Below are positions 44,540 through 54,822 of a DNA stretch of 54,822 bases, piece by piece. The DNA is from Chromera velia. Lineage: Eukaryota. The translations under genes and the position numbers were made by a program. Location of the stretch: the NCBI GenBank assembly GCA_018398765.1, contig JAHBMJ010000173.1:1-54822 (forward strand), read 5' to 3'. How positions within the stretch are numbered: the stretch's first letter is position 1; each line of letters starts with the position of its first letter. The notes under the pieces are model-generated. The model worked only from the letters and a program-made list of their open reading frames with translations. It ran no database searches and was not told the DNA's origin.

Positions 44540-47500
44540 TCTTTGTGTAGGCGTTGGACGCATGAGCTGATCCAAACAGCCGGAGACTGACGGATGGACC
44601 AAACAATCAGTCGAAAAATCAGTCGACTTTTTGGATGCATAAAGAGAGCGATGGATGGATCGATGGATGTAAGGAAGACGACCGTCACTCGGTCCTTTCT
44701 AGTTCTTTCGTCTCTCGTTCGACCACTCGTTTGCTTTCGCTTCACTTCTTTCCTTTTGCGCATTCACAAATTTTACTCAACCAACCAAGGTGAAGTCAAC
44801 CTGCATGGGCTCTCTTCTCAGCCCCCTTGGCTCTTTTCTTCCTCGACTGCATGGCTTGATGATCGAGCTATTCATTATTCCTTTTCCTCCTCTTCTTTTT
44901 CCTCCTCTTCTTGTTCTTGTTCTACTATGTGTTACCAAAAGAGCAAAATGGACATGAAAGAAGGGGGTCATGCAAAAGCTTCCCCAAATCAGAGCGTGCA
45001 CTCATTAATTCGTTTTGTGAGCAGAGAAAGAAAAAACTCGGTGTCGTGCATGGCCAAAGAAAAACAGGAAGACGGGAACGAGTGAAGGATGGGAGAAAGG
45101 AAGGGGGCAGAACAGACAAAAAAACAAACAATACACAAAGAAGTCTGTGCATCACCCAATTCGACTTCTTTCTTCCTTCCTTCGTTCATTCAGTCCCTCA
45201 CTCGCGAGGCTGTCGTGCTTCCTTCACAATTAAGCTTTGCGTGGTTGCTCGTCGGGATTCCGTCTTTCTCTGGCAGACATTCAAGGGATTGAAGCACCCA
45301 CACATGCACATGCAATAAGATCAAGGGGGAGAGCAAATGAATCGCGCAGCACCCTCCTGGTGTTGTAACGAGAGAGAACTCATGAAGCACCACGCTTGTG
45401 AATCTTTCTGCGTGTGCGAGAGGAGAAGGTGGGACAGGTTCTGACTCTTGCACGCTTGCTTGCGTGTTTAGATGTTCTCACGGGGTTGGGAGAGCGGTTT
45501 CTTTCATGCACGTTTCCCGTTGGCGTGGATGGCTGGGTTTGAAGTCCCTTGAATGTAATTGGGTTCTGGTATCGTTTCTCTCAGAAAAAACGTAAATTGT
45601 CTGGAAGCTGCCTGAAGTGAAAGGGCGAAAGCTGAGGTGGAAAACGAGAGAGTCTGGCCGAAGGAAGGGCGTGGATGCATTCATGACATGATTGTAAGGG
45701 TCGAGGGAGTTGAGGATAGGAGTGCAGTTCTTCTGCCTCACTCAAACAAACCTGGGGTCTCGGTCTCGTCATTTTCCTTCGGCTGGAAGTTCTCTTTCTT
45801 CTCCTCCGTCTCCCCAGTCGTCTTCTTTTTCTTCTCGCTGTCTTTTGATGCATGCAGAATCGATTTCGCATACATGCAACAAATGAACACTGAAGTCACC
45901 GAGTGCGGAACAAACAGACGTCCTTCACGACAGACGATCCACAGGCAGAAAAAAGAAACAGCATTCCTGCGATCGCAGAATTGCTCTGCTCTGCTCACAT
46001 CTCCAGACTTGGCGAGGGAGCACGATGGGGGACAGATGCAACATGCAGTACTGCACATGGGGGGGCAGACAGAAAGCATGGAGGGAGGCTGTACCGCTCT
46101 AAAATGGAAGGAGATCCATGGGAGATCAGGTGAGCTAGTGAGTGAGTGAGGCCGTCGGAATTTTTGGTAGCCTCCTTGCCTTCTTGAATCCTGCTGTTTC
46201 TCTCTTCCTTTCTTTCGCCGTGCGCCATCAATGCATGTTGCATGCAACGACTGACTGATAGATGTCGATGAGGTCAGTAAAAAGTCACGAGTGCAATTCA
46301 GATGGTTCACAGGGGTTCATCGTCACAATGTTTTTGCCACTTCATTCAACTGTGTAAGGGGTGGGTCGGGCCAAGGCTGCAAGGGGCAGCTGGAGATGAA
46401 GGAGTAGACACAGTCATTCAGGCACATGCGTGGTCAGGGCGGTGCAACAGTCGTCAGGGTCTCTCATGCAAGGAAGTGACTGTCGGGGGGGCATCTCATC
46501 TGAAGGAGCTTGAGGGGTCGAGGCGGTGGTCCAGCTTTCTGTCTGTCTTTCTTCTTCAATCGAATTAAATGAGTGGAATTCAAAGGAAGTTTCCCCCGCA
46601 GATTGATCGACGCACGCACAGCTTCCTTCTCCAAAAAAGGTCCACGAGAGTTTCATTCAATTCAAAGACAGAGGGCCGAGCAAGCAGCGAGAAAGGATGA
46701 AGGCAGGCACGCCGGGGGACGCATGCGTCCATGGACGAGTGGAAGAGGAGAGGAAGAAAATCTTCTCTCTGTCGGTTGGGGTGCGTAAATACGCAATGAA
46801 TTGATGTGACCAATTCAATTCAATGATCGAACCCCATGCATGGGGGGAGGGAGCATGGCTACAGGGAGTGAATTCTGCCTCTCGTAGCATGTATCGATAT
46901 GAAGATTCCAATTAACGGGCAGGGTTTCGCATGCATGATTTGCATCTGACTGCTCTACTTGACGGACAATTAAGCAGAGGATTAAATGACCTTTGCATGT
47001 CGGGATGGTCGAGGGGGGCGCTGTTCTCTGACGGCTCGATCTTCTTTGCTCGAGCACGTCTACCTTCGCCCTTTCCTCTGTCTGAACATAGAATCGCCGG
47101 CGCGTTGTATGGCAAATCAAATGTCTGGTGCTGTGCTGTGAGTGAGTGAGTGAGTGAGTCAGTGAGTGAGTGACGGAGGGAGTGAGTGAGTGGCCGAGTC
47201 TCGGCTTGACTCATTGGATACATGAGCAACAGAGTGCGAGATCGACACGTCAGGCCAGATTGGGTGTGCTTTGCCTGATGAGAGTGAGTGAGAACGAATG
47301 AAGGTCAGTTTGATTGACTGAACGATCGCTCAAACGGTCAATAGTCAAAAGATATTGACCAAACGATGTAATTCGGTCCATGCGCAACTTTCTTTGCTGT
47401 CATCCCCCTGATGTCCCTTCATGCTGATTGCTTGATTTGGAATACAAGACAATTTTGCTCGTCTGCCTGACTGCCTGCCTGCCTGCTTGCTCGTTTGACT

Positions 47501-47759
47501 TAGCTCTCATGTGAATGGCTGTAAGCGTATGTGAGTGCCTGAGATCCACTGAATTGCAATCGTCTCGAAGACAGACGGGGGCATCTCGGGTACACCACAA
47601 TTAACTAACAAAAAACTGGTCACAGCAATGACATGAGAAGGCAGGCGGAGGGAGGTACAGCGAATTTAAAAGGAGGACACTTCCACGCTGTGGTTCCGCC
47701 CTTCGATGCACTGCCTGCCTGATTGCGTGCGTTCCTTTGGGCATTTATCCATGCTTCCA

Positions 47760-47925
47760 TTTATTCTTTCATTCTCTTTCTTCCCTTCCTTCCTTAACTG
47801 TTTCCCTCTCTCTTCCTTCCTTTCTTTCTTTCTTTTCTTTTTTTTTTTTTCTTTCTTTTTTTCTTTCTTTGTTTTTTTCTTTCTTTCTTCCTTCCTTCCT
47901 TCCTTCCTTCCTTCCTTTCTTTTCC
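47760..47925. repeat. Pyrimidine-rich (TTTC)n/(TTCC)n tract
   Basis: Read directly from the sequence. Confidence 0.85.
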
Positions 47926-49113
47926 TCCATTCGCTCATCTATTTTTTGCAGCTGTTCCTGGCATTTTTGTTTGCACCTATGCACCTTAAAGTTTTGATTT
48001 CTTTTTTTCGAGCGACCTCGATCAGATGCGACATCGAATTCTTCTTTCATTTGTTCCACGTCTCTCTTGCTCAATTAAGTGCAGTACTCTATGACGTGAA
48101 AAACCATGAATGCATGCATGATGTGCATCAGCTAGTCCATGCCGTGACTCTGTGGAGGGACAAAGCACGCAGGTAATGCTGAAAAGAGATGTGCGGACTC
48201 AAAATTTTGAAAAAGAGTAATTCAATGCAAAGTCCCTCACAAGTGCATGCATGAATGCCGAAAGTGTTCCAGTGCATCAAAAGCTTGATCGCGTCTTCGA
48301 TTAACGTCAGAGTGTGAGTGCATCCTCATCGCTCGGCGCTCTCTTCTCTCTGAACATAAGCGCGACTGATATGCACGCTTGATTGTTCGACCAACCGAGC
48401 TAGGCGGACGTATCAACCGCATAGCACATGCAGCGAGCCAGTAGACTGGCTCTGTTGCTCTACCAGTTGGCGACGTTGCGTCCTGGTTTTTGGTCTCGTC
48501 TCTTCGGCTCGTTCGTTACTTCCCGGACTCGATCGCACATTTGCGTTTCATGCAGTGAGACCTTCAATAGTCAGACCAAGTAGGTACCAAGAATTAAGGG
48601 GCAAACTGACCGCAAGATGCACTTGTGATGCATCGAAGGAACGGTCACACTCATTACCGATCCGGCCCCTACATGTCAACTGACTTTTTAAACAAATAAC
48701 CTCAACAATATAGCAAACTCATGCAGTATAAGGAGTGTTTAAGATGCATATAGATCATTAGTACTACAGTATTTGTTTCTAGGTTTAATTATATTCTAGG
48801 TAACGCATATATTAAATTAGATTGTAATTTTTCTTCATATTTTTTCACTTCGAGATGTATCAGTATGTAACATCAGGGTGAACTTTAGGTCTTAGTTTGC
48901 GCTATCTCCTAGGCGGTATCTCCTATTAATTATTCAAAATAATTCAAAAACAAAAGAAGATCCAGCGCTTGAATTCTGTTAAATTTGTTCAAAATTATGT
49001 TTAGTTATCTTGAATTAACTAGACATACAATGATGATAATGATCGATGTCACATGATTATGTATGGGGGGCGCAGATCCTAAACTATATACAGATCTAGA
49101 TACAGATCGATGC

Positions 49114-49325
49114 CTAGGCGCCACACATAGAAAAAAAAAAGTTGGGAAGGCCTATTTTTTCTTTTTTTCTTTTTAAGTGCCTCCAAAAGGAAAAGAATCA
49201 CTTTCGACTCTGAAACTTACTTTCCCACACAAAATGTAACCCTAACTTTTGACATTAAAAAAAAAAAAAGAAAAAAAAAAGTTGACGCATATTTTTTTTT
49301 CTTTTTTTTTATGTGCGGCGCCTAG
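49114..49325. mobile_element. 212-bp foldback MITE with 8-bp TSD ATCGATGC
   Basis: CTAGGCGCCACACATAGAAAA ... TTTTTATGTGCGGCGCCTAG. TSD at 49106-49113 and 49326-49333. Confidence 0.85.
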
Positions 49326-50003
49326 ATCGATGCGAGGTAACACTAGCAGATCTTTTTTCGTTTTTGAATGGGAAAACGTTCACGATCACGAAAAGGATGA
49401 AGGAGGACAAAAGCATGTCGAAGCAGGTCGAGGATTAAGCGGGGTCAGGGACGGTAAATAAGCACCCCTTGCATGCCTATCTCCTACTAGATGCATGCAC
49501 GGTATTGCACGTCTAGACATGCACAATGATATTATACACTAGATTGCGGATTAGTTTCATTAGCTAGTAGCTATACTTTAAGATTTATTTTATTTTTGAC
49601 TTCTTATAATCTAGCTTATAATTATCCTATAGGCCCCTTAAGCTAGCCCCTAAGTATTTACAAAAATAAAAAGCTCTCAACTTGAAGAAAAGTGTTTTAT
49701 ACTGAAATTATACAAAAGCTAGGTCACTTTAATTTATGTATTTTTTAAAATGTTTTTAAGTATATAAAACTAGTGGCACAGTGGCAGTGGTTACTGTGGC
49801 ACGCCGCACGCCACCTATACTACACACTGGCAGGCAGTGGCAGCTATAACCTCGATCAAACACATATTATATTGTTAATATATGTTTTAAAAATTAATGA
49901 AAAAGATAACATAGATTTTAAACAGTTCTTTTATATTTTGTTTTACGCATGGAGAGCCAGACAGTCCTAGTAATTGTCAAAAAAGTGCTAGCTGAGAGAG
50001 CTT

Positions 50004-51632
50004 TTAATAGCCGAAGAGCCACCTCCCGACGTTTTCTAACAAACCTCCTAGGAAACTTCCATAAATCCCATTCTCTGCCCCACTTTTGCTAGCACTTTTG
50101 TTTCCTGCGGTGCGTCTGTCCTGAGTCACAGGCTGAGTCTCCTCCTTCTTCATTAGCCCGCCTCCTGTCTGCAGATAGAGAAGGGCCGGGGCCTTTCGCG
50201 CATAGTACTTGTTTTGTATAATCGAAAGCGGACTCTCCGAGTCTCTGCCCCGGTTATCCTCTGCGCTAGCGTCTGCCCCCCAATGCAGGAGCATAAACGC
50301 AGCAACCGTCAGCGAAAGGCACTGACGGCCCTGGAGGTCACTGCACTTTTCCCCGAGATTGCGAATTTTTCGAACGACCCACAGCAGCGGAGTTGCACCT
50401 TCAGAGTCACGGACGTCAACCGAACCCTCTCCCTTACAAACGTTGGCGCACCACCCACGGCGCGCTGTAGCGACGCGACCAAGAAGAAAGTGCAGAGTGT
50501 GGAGCGAAAAGTTGCCGTTTGATGCCACTGCAGCCAGATGGATCGGTGTCACACCCTTTTCGTCTTTGCAGGACATGAGGCATTCACGCCCCGCAGAAAG
50601 GAGCATCTGTGCTATTTCCACAGCCTCCTTCCCCCTTGGCTCCCCTACCCCGGTCTGTTCCGCAACAAGAGAGTGCAGGACAGTTCTGCCGTCTCTTGCC
50701 AGAGCCCAAACGTTTGCCCCGCGTTCGATGAGGAGCCGAACAAGCCGAGGATTCCCCACCTTCACTGCAATATGCAGCGAGCTCGCTGAGCCCTCTACCT
50801 CCGAAGAGAGGGAACCCTGAGGGAGACCGTCCACATGCGCACCCCAATTCAAAAGCTTTACTGCCATCTCCTCATGCCCCGCAGCAATTGCCGAGAGAAG
50901 AGGGGCACTCCGGAGGGCTGGCGTGATCACACGAGAACCAAAAAGCAGCTCAAGGATCCGCAGGTCGAGAGGCTCAGCCTTCCTCTGCTCTGCTTTCTTA
51001 TGGTCTGTCAACAAGAACTCATCTGCAGAGGACCGACCAAAAAATCCCGAGTAAGAATCCCCCCTCCGCTGGTCGACACGACCAACAGCGACCTCTGCAA
51101 GCGTTCTGTAATCTTGCGAGGCGGCAAAGTTCAGAAGTCGAAGCCTCATAGGTCCGGAAAGAGGAAGGACGCTGACGGACGCTAGAAGTAGATTTTCCTC
51201 ACAGTCTCTCCATATCTGCGTCCCCCCAGACACCAAAAAAGAGTGGGCAATGAAGGCACAAAGTAAAGAAAAAACAAGACTGAGAAAAAAACGGCGCCAG
51301 AAGTGACGGTCACGACGCCGTCTACCCCCTGCTGCTGCCAGGTTTCCTCCTCCAACAATGCAGTGCCTCTCATGTACACTCAGTCCAGAGTAACGAGCAG
51401 ACACGAAAGGACACCCAAGCGGGGCGTATCTGCAGGACACGTTCTTCAGCTCATCTTCTGCCTCCAGTGCCCGGTTCCGGACATTAATAGGAGAGCGGCA
51501 GAATGCACAGAGGCTGCCTGGTTTACGTTCTTTGCAGTCTTTGCAACAGCAGTGGCCCTCCTTGCACTGGAACATGGGTGCACTCATCCATTCGTGACAG
51601 ATGACGCATTCTAATGAAGAGGGAGGCTCCAT
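50004..51632 (-). CDS. Intronless SINA/SIAH-type RING and zinc finger, transmembrane helix and ankyrin repeats (putative membrane E3 ligase)
   Basis: LECVICHEWMSAPMFQCKEGHCCCKDC...CAFCR...RNRALE; CRYAPLGCPF...HERHC; TM FFLSLVFSLLCAFIA; ankyrin motifs SLHIAV, GRTVLH, GVTPIHLAA, GATPLLW. Confidence 0.88.
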   Translation of the reverse strand: MEPPSSLECVICHEWMSAPMFQCKEGHCCCKDCKERKPGSLCAFCRSPINVRNRALEAEDELKNVSCRYAPLGCPFVSARYSGLSVHERHCIVGGGNLAAAGGRRRRDRHFWRRFFLSLVFSLLCAFIAHSFLVSGGTQIWRDCEENLLLASVSVLPLSGPMRLRLLNFAASQDYRTLAEVAVGRVDQRRGDSYSGFFGRSSADEFLLTDHKKAEQRKAEPLDLRILELLFGSRVITPALRSAPLLSAIAAGHEEMAVKLLNWGAHVDGLPQGSLSSEVEGSASSLHIAVKVGNPRLVRLLIERGANVWALARDGRTVLHSLVAEQTGVGEPRGKEAVEIAQMLLSAGRECLMSCKDEKGVTPIHLAAVASNGNFSLHTLHFLLGRVATARRGWCANVCKGEGSVDVRDSEGATPLLWVVRKIRNLGEKCSDLQGRQCLSLTVAAFMLLHWGADASAEDNRGRDSESPLSIIQNKYYARKAPALLYLQTGGGLMKKEETQPVTQDRRTAGNKSASKSGAENGIYGSFLGGLLENVGRWLFGY

Positions 51633-53036
51633 CGAAACGCTCGTCTACAGTTCAATTGTGGCAGAAATTAAAACGATGGTGACTTGTACAGATTTGATTG
51701 ATGCTCTCCGTTCCCGCGTTGTGGCTTCCCGTTCTTAATTTCGGGGCCGACTGGCTGTCTCGAACAAGCCTTTCAAACTATGTTCGAGTATGGTGTGGTG
51801 ACATGTACGTATATGTGTGAAGCTGCCATGAAGCTGCCTTTGCTTTCAAATTGCTGATCGCCTTTCGAATCAGAGCAAACGTACCCTGCATGTCAAACTC
51901 TGATCGAAGCAAAAGTTCACTTCAGTGCATGGCCAACCGAAATCCCAGTATAGGGGGACACAAAGAAAATCGCTTACCCGAAGAGATTTCCTAATACCTA
52001 AGCGCGAATTGACGCCTCGGCCCGGCGGTTCCTGACCGTACATTCACGGAGGAAAAGGCTGGGTCCGACCACCGCGTTCCGCGCCCCCCTATAGCGAGAG
52101 AAATTCTCAGAGAATCGGATAAGCGATTTTTTTGTGTCCCGTACAGGCTGCATGAGTCTGAACACAAATTGCGCACTCCCGTGCATTGCCACTGCAATCA
52201 TTTGATCATTTGCGTGCTTTCATGCAGTCATTCTGACACTGTCTCCTCATTGATGCAGTATTATATATGACTTCGGCGTCACTTCGCTCTGATGAGTCTG
52301 ATCTCAGAGGAGTCATGGGGAGTCTGTGCTGCAACCCTGGAGAGTTCTGAGCTGAGTAAGCTCTCCAGATGCCAGGGATGTTGAGCAACTTGGACCAGTC
52401 TGTCCGAAACATGCAGTGAGACAGAGTGAGTCTTTACTTAATAAATTGCACAACCTTGAACCTTTTCAACCAACCAAGATCAAGAGAATTCCTTTCGAGA
52501 TGCGACTGTCTTTGAAATTGGATCCTTGCCATGATCCTTTCAGAGAGCTTATCGGTTGACCTGTTGACACCCGCGGAGTCTGGATCAATCAGCGAAACTT
52601 TGGTCAACTGTATACGCTTCTAGATACGCTTGTATGTGACGATCGACTGCACGCTCTATCGAGTGAAGGCCGCTGGCTCCCCGAATTCTATGTGGATGTC
52701 TGTTCCGATGTTTCACAGTGCCTACTCCCAAGTGTACTCTCAGTTTGCCCTCGTCCGACCGCATTCCGGCTCTCTTGCATTGGATTGTGGATCAACAGAC
52801 ACTACGATAACTTTGTTGGCGGAGGAAGTCGGGTAGACGGTGGTCAGGACTCTTCCGAAGTCGCCTCAGCCCTCTCTCACGCAGACGGTTGAAGTAAGGG
52901 CTGCCGTGGGTGGGTGTTGGAGTCTTTGGGGTATGAGCTGCGGGAGGTGGAGGTCGTTGATGGTGGACTTGCGTTGATGGGCGGGCGTTGGGGAGAGAGG
53001 GAGACAACTTGACTCAGGAGAATATGGTGTTAACAT

Positions 53037-53478
53037 GTGTTAACACAGCTGCAGCAGCCTGAGAATGACGAGCTACACCCTGTCTCTTCAGAGTTTGATA
53101 CTGAAAGGGAGAGGGAGGAAGTGAGTGGAGGAGGGGGGCTTGGGGGTCTACTTGAGGCCGAAACGGTGATGAGCTGCGACGGGAGATCATTCCACTTAAT
53201 GGCAAACAATAGTAATGGTCCAGTTTCAGCAGCTTTTCCTGTCGCAGTTGACTCTGCGTCTTCCCCTCCATCGTACGCGTCTTCTGTGAGCACGAAGGGG
53301 CAGGGGAAAGGGGAGGGCGGGCAGGGACAGGGACATTCTCAGGTGGGTGGCAGAAATGGAGGGGGGGCAGTCCGGGACTGCAAGGTGGTCACTGATCGGA
53401 GAGGCTGGGGCCCTCAAAGAACTTAGTTTGGAGACGGCCGAGGGTGTCTTTATCGCAATAAACACTGCCTGCAAGAAC
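53037..53478 (+). pseudogene. Possible low-complexity exon or gene fragment of unknown function
   Basis: Coding-like S/G/E-rich frame that appears to shift at the G-run near 53361 and ends at a GTAAGC donor (53479). No recognisable domain. Confidence 0.25.
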
Positions 53479-54822
53479 GTAAGCATTTTGACGGCGTCTA
53501 CTGACCCTCTTCCGTGTGATTTCAAGTGTGATTTTTTGTCCGTTTATATCATGGGTCATCCTTCGAGTTCTGTTTCGCTGTTTGTTCAGGGGAGAGGTTA
53601 GGAGTCTCAGAGGACGGAAATGGAACGAAAGAAAGAAGGGCAGTGACCCGGCAGTCACTTTGACCAGGCATTTCGGTTTGCACCTGTTCTAAAGTGATTG
53701 TAATATCATTGGCCCGGGGCTGACATTGGGATGGGCTGGGAATGGGGGGGGGCTTTTGTTAATTGGAGAAGAGGAACAAGATTTTTGACCAGTCAATTTG
53801 CTGGGAGGCCCAGGGTGGGGGCTTTCTTAAAAGCTTTCGCGTCTCCGATCTTTATCTTTAATATCATAAAAATTGGAGTTATTTTAAAACCTTTAAGTTG
53901 GAAAACTATTTAATAAAATTATAATAAATGAAATTAAAATAAACGTATATGCAAAATTGCTATAATCTTGCTAAATAAGTTGCTAGGTAAGTTGCATAAT
54001 TTAATTAAGTTCATTTCTAGGTTCATTTATTGCTATAGCTTGATTTGTTTGCAAAATGATTGCAATCTACTGTATGCTAATGTTGAAGCAGAACTTTTTT
54101 GAAGCCTTCAATTCAGCCAGATCTAAAGCCGGATATTAAAGCAGGCTTTAAGCAGCACTTAGCAATATACACGACAGGGAGTATTGCCCGGAAACAATCG
54201 AAACAGGCATATATATGAAGGGACCGATCTCGCTTCAGCTCTACCTGTAGCATCTGTTATCGCCAACTCACGGACACAGCTAAAAGCTCATGAGTGTGGA
54301 AAGAAGGAGAGGAAGGGAGCAGGGCAAAGAGAGCAAGAGCTAGGAAAAGCTTTCCTGTCATGATGCAAAGAAAACACGACTCCACAGATTGAGAAGTTGC
54401 CACTCTCTACAAAACTGATCAAGGTTGACTCAAAACCAGCTAGCAAAACCAGTCACCACATTCACTCTAAACAGAGACGTTCGATCTTTCCGCTCTTTGC
54501 AATTTCAAACTCGAAACAAACTTAAAGGTGGAAGCAGTGCAAACATCCCAACCAACCAACAAACCCAGGAGCTCCCCCCTTCACTCAAAACCCATACATT
54601 GACGATGACCAACTAGAGGGAACGATTTCCCCTCCCTCCACACTCATCCATGCATTCATTCAATCAAACTGCAACAACTGCAGTCCCATACTACCCCCCA
54701 AACTCTGTCTGTCACCCCCATCCTTTGCGAATGCAACAGAAGTCCCACACAGAGTCAGACCGTCCACCACCTCCCCCGCTCCCCGCAGAAGGAGACCCTT
54801 CAGGTGTCTCTCCATATCGATA

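Noticed and set aside
43000..48500. Many short ORFs in the long region after the kinase
   Set aside because: Low-complexity, microsatellite-rich sequence with no recognisable domain or consistent exon chain. Small exons cannot be excluded.
52285..52320. CTGATGAG hammerhead ribozyme core (also near 7252 and 47276)
   Set aside because: No stem II followed by GAAA and no closing helices are visible.
53700..54100. AT-rich stretch resembling TE debris (also 49500-49990)
   Set aside because: No TIR, TSD or coding remnant could be defined.

Overview
Eukaryotic genomic DNA with GT-AG introns, many microsatellites and frequent TGCATGCA octamers. The style suggests an alveolate such as a chromerid, but that is inference. 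Five host genes are well supported: a divergent ubiquitin-like/RPS27A fusion, CWC25, a secreted Cys-rich/L-domain-like protein with one frameshift, a 5-exon hybrid histidine kinase, and a SINA-type RING-TM-ankyrin protein. Between them lie dense, nested transposon clusters: three LINE copies, a full-length Ty3/Gypsy element (5-bp TSD ACTTA) whose 3' LTR is split by a 3.4-kb long-TIR DNA element, a second partial copy of that element fused to a LINE, two members of an 8-bp-TSD TIR family (one carrying a SAP-like ORF), and two MITEs. The most striking signal is that repeats, but not host genes, carry many C-to-T changes at CpA/TpG as well as CpG. This resembles fungal repeat-induced point mutation (RIP) in an apparently non-fungal genome. 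All alignments and counts were done by eye.
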